Below are positions 51,493-64,000 of a stretch of DNA of 64,000 nt, piece after piece. The translations under genes and the position numbers were made by a program. The notes under the pieces were generated by a model. That model did not search any database and was not told the origin of the DNA. It saw nothing but the letters and a program-made list of their open reading frames with translations. Source of the DNA: Balanoglossus misakiensis (lineage: Eukaryota > Animalia > Hemichordata). The first letter of the stretch is position 1, and each line of letters begins with the position of its first letter. The stretch spans positions 11,560,552-11,624,551 of the forward strand of contig CM082584.2 in assembly GCA_040954595.2 (NCBI GenBank), read 5' to 3'.

Positions 51493-54299
51493 GTGAGTTC
51501 ATCTCCGTTGAGTGTGTGTGTGTCTACTGTCAGTTTGCCTACGTCTAGCACGTTTGACAACAGTTTGTACGACGTCCCGAGGATGAGCATGTTTTCAGTT
51601 AGAGTAGACCTAAACTTCATACTGAAGAGCGAGTTCCTGCCACCGAGGGGAAAATGGTTTATCTTAAATCGGCAGGACGCAATTGCTGCTTATCTTCACG
51701 ACCCGTTTTCATGTTTTGCGGAATTTCCTGGCCTGACAGACGTCTAAACGAAGCCCGTCTGAACTTCCGAACACGTGGTTTGAATACAAGCTTTGTGTTC
51801 CTTTCACAGAGCCGTTGTTGGCTTCGACCGTGAGAGGGGAGATCTCCGCCCGTAGCAAACGAGTACCGGCGACGGTCTCTCTCTTTTTACATGTAACTGC
51901 ATGGTGAAAGTTGGGCCCAGACACCACGTTTTGGGGGTTTGGGCGGGCTTCTAAGTTCCAGCTCTCTAAATTTTGCTACATTTAATGTGGTGTGCATGAG
52001 TTGCATTGTTACAATGTTGGCTAGCCGCAGCTGTACGGCTCGCGTACGTGTGTCGACGGCAGTTTCACACTAACGTCCTGCCATGATGCAGCTGCGGAAA
52101 ATTGGAACTCCAGAATATTGGAGCGATAAAGTGCCGACATACTTGAGTGTCTGACAGAAGTATTGCATAGCGGTGGTCAAAATTTGTTCAGATACCGTTA
52201 GTTCAGGTTTAACTGAGAATTTGCGGCCCCATTGTTTACCCGGCGTTTATCTGGCTATTGTTGCAAACAAAAGGGGTCCGTATTTTGACTGTAGGCTTTG
52301 TTTTTAGCATGCAATTCATACCACCAACATTTTGTGCCCAGCGTCTAAATACACAAACAAGGACACTGTCGGCCGACATGGAAATAAAATCTCGCAGATA
52401 GCAACATGAGTTGGTAAAGAGATGAAAATTTTAGCCGGAGTTGTGCACTTTCCAGGAAAAAAAACTGACAGGCAAATTTTGTTTCGGGAATAGAAATTTA
52501 CAACCTAAACTGAAGTATTTTTTTTCAATATACAGAAGGTTGCTTCCGAACGAACCTATATAGTGGGTCTACATATTCGGGCAACGATTTGATCATAAAT
52601 TTAATGCACTTTTTTCACTTCACTAATACTAACATTTTTGGGGTAAAAATAATTGAACTGGTTATAATTGCCAAACTGCTAAATTTTAAATGAAAATAAC
52701 TTGTTAAATTAATGTACGTTATTACAGTATGAATGTGCAGATTGTAAACAATGATCGAAATTACAGGAATATTGTATCCAGACTGGTGTTACTTGCATCT
52801 AAATTTAATTTCTGAGTGGAGAGAAATTCTATATAGGGTGACATGAAATAAAATTCATTCGACCATTGACTAGGGAGCCATGTTTATGTCAGACGCTTGT
52901 TGTGTATGCATGAGCTGGAAGATTGCATTATTCGAAATGAAATGGAAGCACTTTCTTGATTGAGGGTGTAATTTACTAGCAAAAGTAACTTCTGAGCCCC
53001 AGTCCCCAAGGACCTTCTGTAATTTATTTGAATTTTCAGTGAGTTGAGGAAAGCGTTGGCTATCTGCATAAATTGTAACCCACCTATTGGGAATTTACAG
53101 CAAGTCTGGCTATGTTTGTGCATCACAAAGCAAAAAGGCCTTAGAATTGTTTTGACCTGTCCACTTGTAAACACATACTCTATCTTTAACACTGTCGTAT
53201 CAGCTGATGCGGTCTCAAAGAATATCGTATTGAATTTTATATCCATATCATATTTTTTAAATGCATTCCAAGAGAACAATTAATCTCCTTAATCTTATGC
53301 TCTAGTGTTTAATTTGATTTAAAAAAATGTATTGCCACGATCTTGAGAAATCTTCATACTGTTGACTAAAATCTACATAAAGTTTGGGTAACTGAATTGT
53401 TTAAATTCATATTTGTTTGACATCCATAATAAATATTGATTGGATGTATTGATATTGATTTTTCAAACAATAGTAGCGTATAGTTTCACTTGGGCTGCAC
53501 ATAAAATTTGACTGGGATCACAAAAGCAAACCAAATGGTAGTTACAACTTTAACGGTCATGTTATTTGGCAAGAGTTTGTGTTACTAATTTTTACTTAAA
53601 AATTGATGGGGCTTCTATCCAAATTTTTGCTTTTGTTTAAACATTTTCAAAGGCCTTTTGTTGGTCGTTTATACACAATAGATAAATATTAGATGGGGAT
53701 TCCAAAGTGGCTAGCTCACTCTATATAAGTTCGAAAATTTGATATATTTCTTTAAATTCAGGACAGTCAATCTTATGCAATAGCTCAATGGTAAACTGGC
53801 CTTCAACCAGAAAGTGATTTGAGGAATGGATTATGTTTGACCCTGCTGTGTCACCTCACAAAGAAGCCTGCCTATTCAGACGAGATTTACCATGTTGTGA
53901 TTACCTGTCTGGCCATTTGTATACATTTCTAATGTCTTATCACAGCTTCTTATGTGGTTTTCTTTCAGAAACCAGTTTCTTCAAGTTTCCGGGGCAAGAA
54001 TCCCATATGTATATAAACATCTGCTGTGTATAATATTATTGTGGGCCAGTTAAGAAACTACTTTGGACGACAGTATACTTTTGAGTCAAGAAATTACCAA
54101 TCAAATACTAATGAATTTTTTCTTTTCTCTTCTCCTTTTATTTATTTCAAATTTCTTTATTTGTAATTTTGTTTTGTGTATTTTGTTCATTTTTCACCTA
54201 TTTTGTTCATTTTGTGCTTTTGTTTTTATTTTATCCCTTCCCCATATCCCCTTCCTTTTTTGTTTTAAAATTTCATTATTACAGAATTTAAATTACTAG

Positions 54300-54704
<405 letters not shown>

Positions 54705-57700
54705 TAAGGTTCTTGCTCGACTTATTTTGCAAGTCAAATTTGAAATCTGCCATTGTGCCTTAACAATTTAGAATCTGCCTTACAGAATGCAACATCTGCC
54801 AAAATTGTTTGTGGCTAATTTTTCACGCATTGTGGGCTTTGTGGCAAAGGTCAAACTGGGCTTTCAGAGTAGAGAATAGTTTGAGATGTAGTCCCCGGAC
54901 TGACCACATCCGGTTTACGTATTCCCTTACTAATGCTTGTCGTGTGGCTCTTCTGCAAACATGCTTGGTTGAAATCAATATTTTAAAACCAAAGGTTGAT
55001 TAACCCATTCAAATGATCGAGTCATTCAGTCTTGGACAAGAGACTTGGGTCTGTCTACTTGTTTTTCCGACCCACTTAAGAACCATACCAGAATATTCCC
55101 ATTTCTTACCAAGCAGTATAACTGGAGTTTATCTGAATAATTTTGGTATAAAATTACTGTAATGTCAGCTGAGCTGAGTATAACTACCACATCAACTTTA
55201 GAAATGTGATTGTTCAATTGATTGAAGTTCATTTCAAGAGTTATTAGCAATTCTGAAGAGTAGATAATTTTTACGACTTCGTAAACAGTGATAGATAATA
55301 GCGAGGGTGTCACCTGGGTCCCAACTTTCTAATGCATAAAGGGGGAGACCATTATAGCATGGACTTGTCCTGGCTTGATAGTTGTCACTGTCTGTAATTT
55401 ATACCTTCGTCTTGGCTGGCTTGCCAAAGATCCACTTTCTATTGACCTTCTTCATCGCCTGTTGAAAAAAGACTTCTTGTCAAATGATGTGATCTACACC
55501 AATAGTTTCCTCCTTTTGTGCCATTTATATTAATATGAAACTGAAAGTAATCAAAAGCTGTATTGCTCGCCCTTTTTTTTTATCTTCCCACACTGCTGTT
55601 ATTATATGCATTATTAACTTGATCGGGGTTTTATTCTAAAGGTTTTATAGTGTTTAGGGATATATTGAATTTTTAGCTTAAGAACCTGTATTTCGCTATA
55701 ATCTAGATGCAACTATATCCAAATACATGTTTTAACTATTTGGGAATGCCTAGAAATTATTTCATCCATGAATCCAATTATCTGAACAAGTTTTTCTTGG
55801 TACTTCGGGAAGAATTTTGTAGTGCAAGCTGCAAGCCATCTCCCTTTCCTGGTATGGTTATTCCATACATGCCCTTGAACTGTAGCCTGCTGTCATTGGA
55901 TTAATAAGATCAGCGTGTGTACGAATTAACCACGTGTGTTGGCATCTGTTCGACAACTTGGAATTTTTGGGTGCCCTGGTTATTGAGATGCCAGAATTCT
56001 TGATGTACCTTGTATGTGGGGAATGGCCAAGTAATGCTGCTCTAGTGAGACTCTAAATAAATGTTGCTTGATAAAATGCATTTTGAGATCAGAAATGAGA
56101 TAAGAATGAAGCTGGTGCAGATGATTATGCATTGCGGATCCCTGCTATCTTTTCAGGCCGAGTGTTCTGTTGGAAACTGCGTGTCGTGCCACACAGTTGT
56201 CGGTTACACTTCGGAGTCCAACTGTTTGTTTAGGTATGGGGTGGAATTCTTGAGATAGATGGGAACAGTTGTCGGTTGGAGATAGTTTTCATCCAAATAT
56301 GCAACTAATGTGGGGCCTCTGCTATATTTCAAGCGTAATAAAGTCAAGATGACTCTGCAGGCAGTGACATTGCACCAGGGAACGTTCATTCTGAATGAAA
56401 TTGAAGACACCAGACGTCTTCCGAGAGCCAACACAGTGGCATGTGGAATTTGTAAATTAGATGGTTTCTGGAGAGACATAAATATTAAAATTAATGCCAG
56501 GAGAAATTGTAAAATGAGATGCAAGTATTTGCCTTGTATCGTATTAAGAACTCCTTTATGGTTGACAGCTAATATTTCCAATGCTTTTGGCTAGCAGTTT
56601 TGCCATCTCAAAAGTTTCATTTCAAATATATGTATAAGCTCCTGAATGCAAAATGACTAGGCAGTAGGTACGAGCTGAAAATGTTTTATAAGGCAAATGA
56701 TCTGAAGTAACCAGAATTCCATTGTTGGAATTCAAGTAACAATGCAATACTCCTTAATATGAAAACGACATGATACTCGTATACAAAGATGTAGGTTTTG
56801 ATGGATGGTTTTCTACAGCCAGGCAGGTAGCTGTAGTTTGAAAAGCTTCCTTTTCAAACTGCTAGATATTATAAAATGGGAACCAAGCCAAATGTCCTAG
56901 TCATAATTTTTGCATGAAGTAAAAACTAAAATTTTAATGTTGTCTTCCTGTTCCCAGTGTTTGCATATTTAGAAATGGAAAGTGCTATTCATACAAAATG
57001 ATTTCGGGTCCGAAATTTTGTGAGAATTTTGCTATAAAACATGACAGTGACACCATAAAGTATTCATAAATTGACCCCCTCCCAAGTCAGCTTGGAGGTC
57101 ACGCGACTTTCTTCTTCATTGGGATTGTTCTGGGATGCATTGACTGCATCATTGTCAAAAAATTCCATTCCAGATTTTCAGAGGTGAAACCTCGCATTTA
57201 CTGCTTAAAGGGATTTTCTACTGTCCAAAGTTTGACTTCGGTTCTGGCACGTACATGTTTGAGAAATAATCTGCATTCTTGCCTAGTTAGAAAACCAGAT
57301 GATTTCTGTCAACCCGCTGGACCAGACGCCATAACCACAACTTGTTTTCCATACCTCAATATTTGATTCTTATACCAACTCTGCTGTAACTGGGCAAGTG
57401 ATTACTGGTTGGTGTTGAAATGTGGTCTACCCAGAGGTTGTCGAAGGACACCTATTGATAACAAATTTACCGGTAGTATTAGCTTTCAGTTTTGAGGTCA
57501 TGTATATGTTAATTTGAGAGCCTGTTTTATCTGTGGTCTAGCTGTGAATGGATGTTTTCTGAAAAACAAACCACTGAATTTATATAGGCTGCTGAAATGT
57601 AGGATTCTTAAGGAGAAATCTTGTTTCATAATTTAAGGCAAATATGGCCCTGGACAAATTTGTTTTAGATTATGAATTGAGTGTGAAAAGGAAAGGAAAT

Positions 57701-60700
57701 ATGAGCTTCAGTCAATATTCATGAATTAATGCAGCGCAGATTAGCTGGCTAAATTTAAAATCTAAATTGAAACTGAGAGGGTACTATTTGTTTGAGACTT
57801 CCCAACTGAGGCACCTAGGGGGTGTTGTTTATGCAGGTTACAACTATTCATCATTGCTGATGATGATTAGTATAGTTTCCATAATATTGTGCTAGAAAAT
57901 TGTCATATTTATCTGTTTATTATGAGTGGCCAGTTGTTACATTACCTCTTCTGCTGCTGTGAAACCATTTCGGTGGTTTAATTATTCACTAGCCTACTGC
58001 CTTTTATTTTCCTACCCATGGCAGATGTCCAGAGAGAATTGATTGCCTATCACCTTAACCAATTGTCATGGTAATTAGCAATAATGTGAAATGAAATAAA
58101 GCCTCCCTTAAACTCCTGTGGAAATTGCATGTAAATTGTCATGAATTATCAGCATATATTTGGTTACAAGGATTTGAAAAATTGTATCATGAAGGCCGAT
58201 TTATTATGATTTGTGTATCGGACAAAACACTAAAGTGGACTTGTAGTTTTGAAATTTAATGCATGCCCTGTATGTGTTCAAGTGATGTCAAGGAAAGTCG
58301 CAATTACATTGGCATTTAATGAATAAAGCTTAAAATCGCAGGGCATAAAGCCAAGTCGTCTATGACAACACCTGCCCCTCCGCTCGCCAAATGGACATAA
58401 TGGGATCCGTATGCAAAGCAAGCATACATATACCAGCCATTACCAGTGCCTTTTATGGCAAATAGCTGTTATAGGGTAAGCTGTTCTCCACCTCTGATGG
58501 AATACAAGCTCAAAATTACTTGAATGATGGCAATCCTACAGTTTCTGCTTGGAAGAATGTTTTAAGGACATGTATTTTAGATTAACAATTTTGTTAGAAA
58601 TTACTCTGATGTTTTTCAGATGAGCTTTGATTCATAATAGAGATAGATTTTAAATATTTTGTTAAACGTCTAGTTTCAAAATAATGTACAAGCATGTCTC
58701 ATTTCAGTGATGGCTATCAGTCCAATACATTTGGTAAAGAGGACATGTAACCATGTAGACAATAACAAAATATTCAAGATTTTTATTCACCAGTGTACCT
58801 TTGTCTGAAGGGTGAATAATTTTTCACAAAATGAATATGTAATGATGTCTGAATAATATGAAAGTGTTTGCTCTGTGTCTTTGCATTCTCTTAAAACGCA
58901 CTATGGATTGGAGATCCCTCCTTAGTGTTATTTATTGAAAGTCATCCTTTTCTTCTGCATGGGGCAGGGTGAACCAGAAGGCAGCTGTGTAAATACATGT
59001 TCTTAGGATGGATAAAAAGAATGTCTGTCAAAAGCAAAAAGCAAAAGCATAACGATTGTTGGCCGTGGTGTAATCAATATTCCACCAACTGAAGCCAATT
59101 TTGAATTTGTAATAAATCAAGGTGACAGGTCTCAGTATGACAGGGAGAACCCTATTGCATATTATGAATAAGTGTTTTATGACATTTAGAGTTGTAATTG
59201 TACAGTGACACGGTCCTTTTCAAAATTTAGATGACGCACATATAGGCCTGTCTTGATAATTCCTGAGCCAAAATGTGGATTAGAGAATGACTCCTTTAAA
59301 TATCGCTCGTGTATTCATCACAACAAAGCCCAATAATCAAACGTCGCTTTGTCCCTCGCCTGCAGAATCTAATCGAAGGCACCGGCGTAGACAAGTCAAT
59401 TGGAAACCCATGTAATACAGAAGGCAATGCTCTGCAGGATCTTGTTTTAGAAATTCAAAGGATTTCATTCACGAGTTGATTTATGTTGACAACCTGAGAA
59501 ATTTATTGAGTTTATCTTTGGAGCACACTACAATTATATAATTTTAAGGTGCCTAAAGCACACACCGATATGAGGTCAGACTTTTCTGCCTGATTTTAAT
59601 TGCATCTGCTTTGAATAGTGTGGAAGTGCAGTTTGTCATGAATGACGAGAGTATTTTTAATCTGGTATCAGACTAGTTCCTTTGATTCATTCATTACCTT
59701 TGATCGCATTTTATTTCTTTGTGAAAAGGTTATTTGTATGTTATTCATGAGGCCTATTTAGGTAGGGCTGTTTCTGCTATGTTATTGTGGTGATAGCGTT
59801 ATGTATGTCGTTCGTTGCAGACGTAATTTTCACATAGTGAAGGTTCGTTCGGGTAAACGGTGGGACCTGTTCATCGATCAATATTTCTTCTACAAAAATT
59901 CATAGAGTGCTCTTAACATTTATGACCGGATCATATTTACATCGGCGAATTGCCGTGGAAATTTGGTAGTACGCAGAAGTGGTGTGATTTCATCATAAGC
60001 AGATCAATATTAGAACTATTGTGTAATTGAATAATTATTTGCTTGGAAGCCGTACTTCATTGTCAACGAGTCTGCATATTTTAGTGGAAAGGAGGAGACT
60101 TCCACAGACCTTTGTTTCAGCTGCTGCCGTTTTATTACAAGGCAGGCGGAAACAATGATCATAGGGTTGCCTTTATCTATGCCAAGGTTTTAGCTGGGGC
60201 TAGCTGTCAGAATTGCATGGCTGTCAAAGTGTACGCATGTGTGTAGAATAAAATGCCGTGTCCCAATTTTTAAAGTCATTTGCCTACTTGCCATGACCAT
60301 GTGGTTGACAATTTAGAAATGAGATGTTCAATAACCCTTACTGCAGTATTTATCCCATAAACAAAATGGTTTCCAGCAATCAACATGGTCTTTTTTATAT
60401 AATGTTCATTTCTGTGATGTCCCATTTCCATGTAGTTTAATTGCGTACCGAAATGTACATTGGTCCAGTTTTGAAAAAAAGTGGCTTCTGTGAATTGATT
60501 TAGCCTTGACAGTTTTTGTATAATGGAAATCTGTCTGAACTATTGTCATTGGAATAATTTGCAGACAATTAATTTGAGAGTAAAATAAATGCAAGATGTC
60601 AAATGTTGAGTGCCATTTGTGTATGACAGTAAAGTTTTATCCTGTCATTCACCAAACTGAATTATCTAGTTTACACATATTGAAAAAGGGTCGATAAAAA

Positions 60701-63700
60701 TTGTTGGCATTTAAACAGTTTGTCAGTTTGTATGGTTGGCTTGGAAGCTGAAAAATGGTTGAGGAACGTGCAGTGTGGGGTTCCCAGGCAAAATGTTTAT
60801 TCAGGGGTATAGTTTTGGATTATTTTGTGATCTGACAGACCGGGCGTGCAGTTTGCCCATGTGCGTAAGACCAGAAGCAAATCAACCAGAAATTTATCAA
60901 CACCAGTGAGATAGGCATGGGTAGAATAGCCATTAGCTCCATTAATCACCTTAAGTAAACTTCATTACTGAGTAGGTTTCAGTCACAGTTACCCAACTGC
61001 CTGAAAACATGCAACTGACCAGGGCTTCTGAAATCTCAAATTCTCAAGATTCCGGGCCGTGCTACGGATCCTTGAAAGCAAATCAATGCCAAGGAGCTGG
61101 TGACAACTGCATTCAGAGAATGCTTGTAGGCAATTATATTGACCTATTCATAGTGGCCACTGAGGTAGAGAAAATACCCATTCTTTTCTCTCAACGGGGA
61201 AAGTAAATATTGTAAGGCGGCTGGCACGTGCCACAGCTTTGTGTCTAATGCTTTCTTAAGCTTAAGAGTGCCCACTCAGATTACCGAGACAGAAAATTAC
61301 CATAATGCTATTGGTGATTGTTTGCCACTTTCAGGGTGACAGTTGAAATGTGGCGCGCAGCCCCCTAACCGAACAGATGTCCAATACACATAGTCTGACC
61401 GGAACAAATGATTAGCTCCCAGTAATCATAAAATTGTTTGACAAATCTAAGGACTTTTTTCCCCAAGTGTGTTGCATAGTGGTGTACTGATATGCAGCAG
61501 TCGTTGATTCTTGACGGGGTCAGTGTTATCTAGACTCTCTTAACACAGAGCAATTATTTGATGTGACTTGATGTGTGTGTTTCAACAGTAGCGATCGTAT
61601 TCACAAGTACCCCGATAAGTCCAAAGGACCTTCTGTAATTGTGTGCAGTCTGTTGATACAGTGACCTACATGGCCAAAGTAGGGCTTTGTTTATTAAAAA
61701 CAGCTGAAGGTAAACTGTCAAATACATATCCTTGAGACATGGACTGGTCTTGTATGTTTCATGTGACGTACACTTTGGAAGTTTGTACATGGTGGCATCA
61801 AATATTAGTTATCGCAGATATGAAACTGTTAAAAAAAATGTAGACAGTAACTTTAAGGTTTGACAGCAGTGACTGGGGGACTCCATAACAGTAAACTTGC
61901 ATGGGTTTCTTGCTTGGTGAGTGTGACATTGATTCTATAGGTTCTATTTTTAGTGTTTTATTTCTAGAATAAGCTCAATGACAGCACTAAAATAAATTAC
62001 TATACAATCAGGAAAAACTTGCAATAGGGTTTTTCAAATGATTCATTCAAATATTTCTGGAATTTGAAACCAGTCAGTTGGTGAACTGTCAAAATCAAAC
62101 TTGAAGTATACATACTAGCTATCCAGTTGTTAAAATAAACTGACATGGAATTCAGCTTGCAAACTGATGCCACTCTGGTCTATTTATACTTAAAAGCGAA
62201 ATTCTGAAGTTGTCTTGTCAAAATGGCTTCAAAATCTGTTGACAGGATGGAGAGTGGAGGTGCCAAAGAGGCAGAGTAGACTTTGTTCGAACAATAGCAT
62301 TTCACTTGCTTCAAATCCTCTTCCCTGCAGTAATCAGGGCTCGTGTTCACTGAGATGTCATCAGAAATTCCGAGATAACGCTTGGAGAACGGTGACTGAC
62401 ATGACGAAAGCCCTTGATGGGTTTTCACTGATGAACGCTGAAACCGATTGCCATGGCAACCTATTAGCCGATCTAATATTTGTTATAAAATCCCATAATC
62501 CAGTCTTTGTAAATAGAAGCCCATTAAAGACGCTGGTTTTCAAATCATACCAGAGTATTTCAAAAGCCAAATTAGTTGCATGTGCTGGAAGTGGGCAGGG
62601 TTCTGGTTGCAGTTTAAAAATTGGCAATTTGCAGACTGTTATCAGTACTTCATGAGATTTACATGTTCCTAAAATTGTTATAATGTGAGGTTTTCGCTGT
62701 TGAATATTTTAAGTGGCAAGTCTTTGTATGACGTACTTCGCAATCAGTTTTATTTTCGTATTCTGGGAAGAAGAAAAAAGATTTTGTAGAGACAAACCAG
62801 TCTTTTTTGGCTTTTGATGTGCCGTGACAAAAATCTGATTTGACAAATGTGGGCACCAGTCCCACGATTTTAAATGTCAAGTGACAATTTCCTCTACATC
62901 CAAATCCTTGGAGAGAGAAAAAATGAAACCCTTTGCAGCAGTGACAAGACAGTACTCACCATGTCAAAACCACACAAGTTCAACCAGTTTTATTTATTAC
63001 AATATAGCATCTGGAAGTGTATTCAACTTCCTGGTTTCACCCCCAAAGACTGCACGCGTATTCACATTATGTATTGTTCCTCGTCTTTATTTAGCACTAT
63101 CTACATTAAACAGCCTTCCTTTTAGTTTCAGTTTATGCCCTGTGTTTGACCTTATCAAAGAAATGGGGGAAGACAAACACTTCCTACTAAAATTGGTTCA
63201 GTGCCAATAAGCTAGCCACAGCGATGGAAAATGCAATGCATTGATGCAGGTTGTCAAAGGGTTAATTTGTTTATTAATCTCAGTCCGCCATTATCAAATT
63301 GCTGCTAGCCTGGATGTAATTTTGACAAGAAAACGGTGAAATATTTGTAGTAAATTTAGAGATATAGATGATTACAGTGTAGGTATTGGTCACCATAGCA
63401 ACGGCCACTTGAACGTGATTGTTTTTGGTTTGTCATTTTTCATGCTACCACACCAGCGGTTGGTGCCCAGCAGGATGTTTTGCTCATTTTATGGTTAAAG
63501 AATGCATGTTCGACGGCCTTGTATAGTTTTCATTGATGTAAAATTCATTCTCTGTTTAAATACTGGAGAGAGTAGTTATTTTTGATACAGATCGACACTC
63601 GTAATTTGGAAGTATTTGGGTTGTTTTTTTGCTTGGTTCTCTTTAGTGTATATAAAATGTGCACCAGTTGTGTAATAATGATGTAGAATGATAAACCAGC

Positions 63701-64000
63701 AGGTAATTTGTATTCTGCTTTCATTTTGGGGTTTATGTTTAAAAAATTTAGTGGCTTAATGTATGTGTATACACACAGAATTTCCCTGTACAGTTCCAAC
63801 ATTGTGATTAATGGCAGTTCGAAATCTGTCCAATTTGTCTCCATGACTCCCAATCTAAAGTTGCTATAGTAGCATTGAAAGATGCATCATGATAATGGCT
63901 GGCAGATGCGTAAGCATAGAAGGAGCAGTCGAACCAAGACTACCTATGGTCTTTCGAAATTTTTAAGTCGCCCAGAAGATGCCTCCTTAATCTAGGGCTT

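Noticed and set aside
54063-54299. Hydrophobic Phe/Leu-rich 78-aa ORF resembling a membrane peptide
   Set aside because: It is a translation artefact of the U-rich intronic tract and has a non-ATG start.
55000-64000. Numerous 60-146 aa ORFs in the ELAV intron
   Set aside because: No recognisable domains, mostly non-ATG starts, no splice-consistent chain, and no transposase or reverse-transcriptase motifs.

Overview
Eukaryotic (animal) genomic DNA, AT-rich and intron-containing. It is probably an invertebrate deuterostome, but that is an inference from gene content and exon structure only. Manual splicing (GT-AG boundaries with phase checks) recovers seven protein-coding genes in this order: C1orf87-like EF-hand gene (-, runs off the left edge), calcyphosin-like CAPSL (-), RNA polymerase I largest subunit POLR1A (-, 34 coding exons), PRC2 cofactor AEBP2/jing (+), mitochondrial protease OMA1 (-), cytosolic carboxypeptidase AGBL4/CCP6 (-), and an ELAV/Hu gene (+, runs off the right edge). 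Most short ORFs in the supplied track are exon fragments, antisense shadows or noise. The most notable observations are: a U12-type intron in AGBL4; the AGBL4-ELAV head-to-head pair, which matches the human 1p33 arrangement and has expanded, motif-rich introns; a CpG-rich island with splice donors on both strands inside AGBL4 intron 7; a distant branch point with a ~190-nt AG-free U-rich tract before the first ELAV coding exon; three candidate AGBL4 terminal exons; a 42-nt cassette exon candidate; and repeated RFX X-boxes. I see no clear evidence for a wholly new protein-based system. The candidates for novelty are regulatory or splicing-level.
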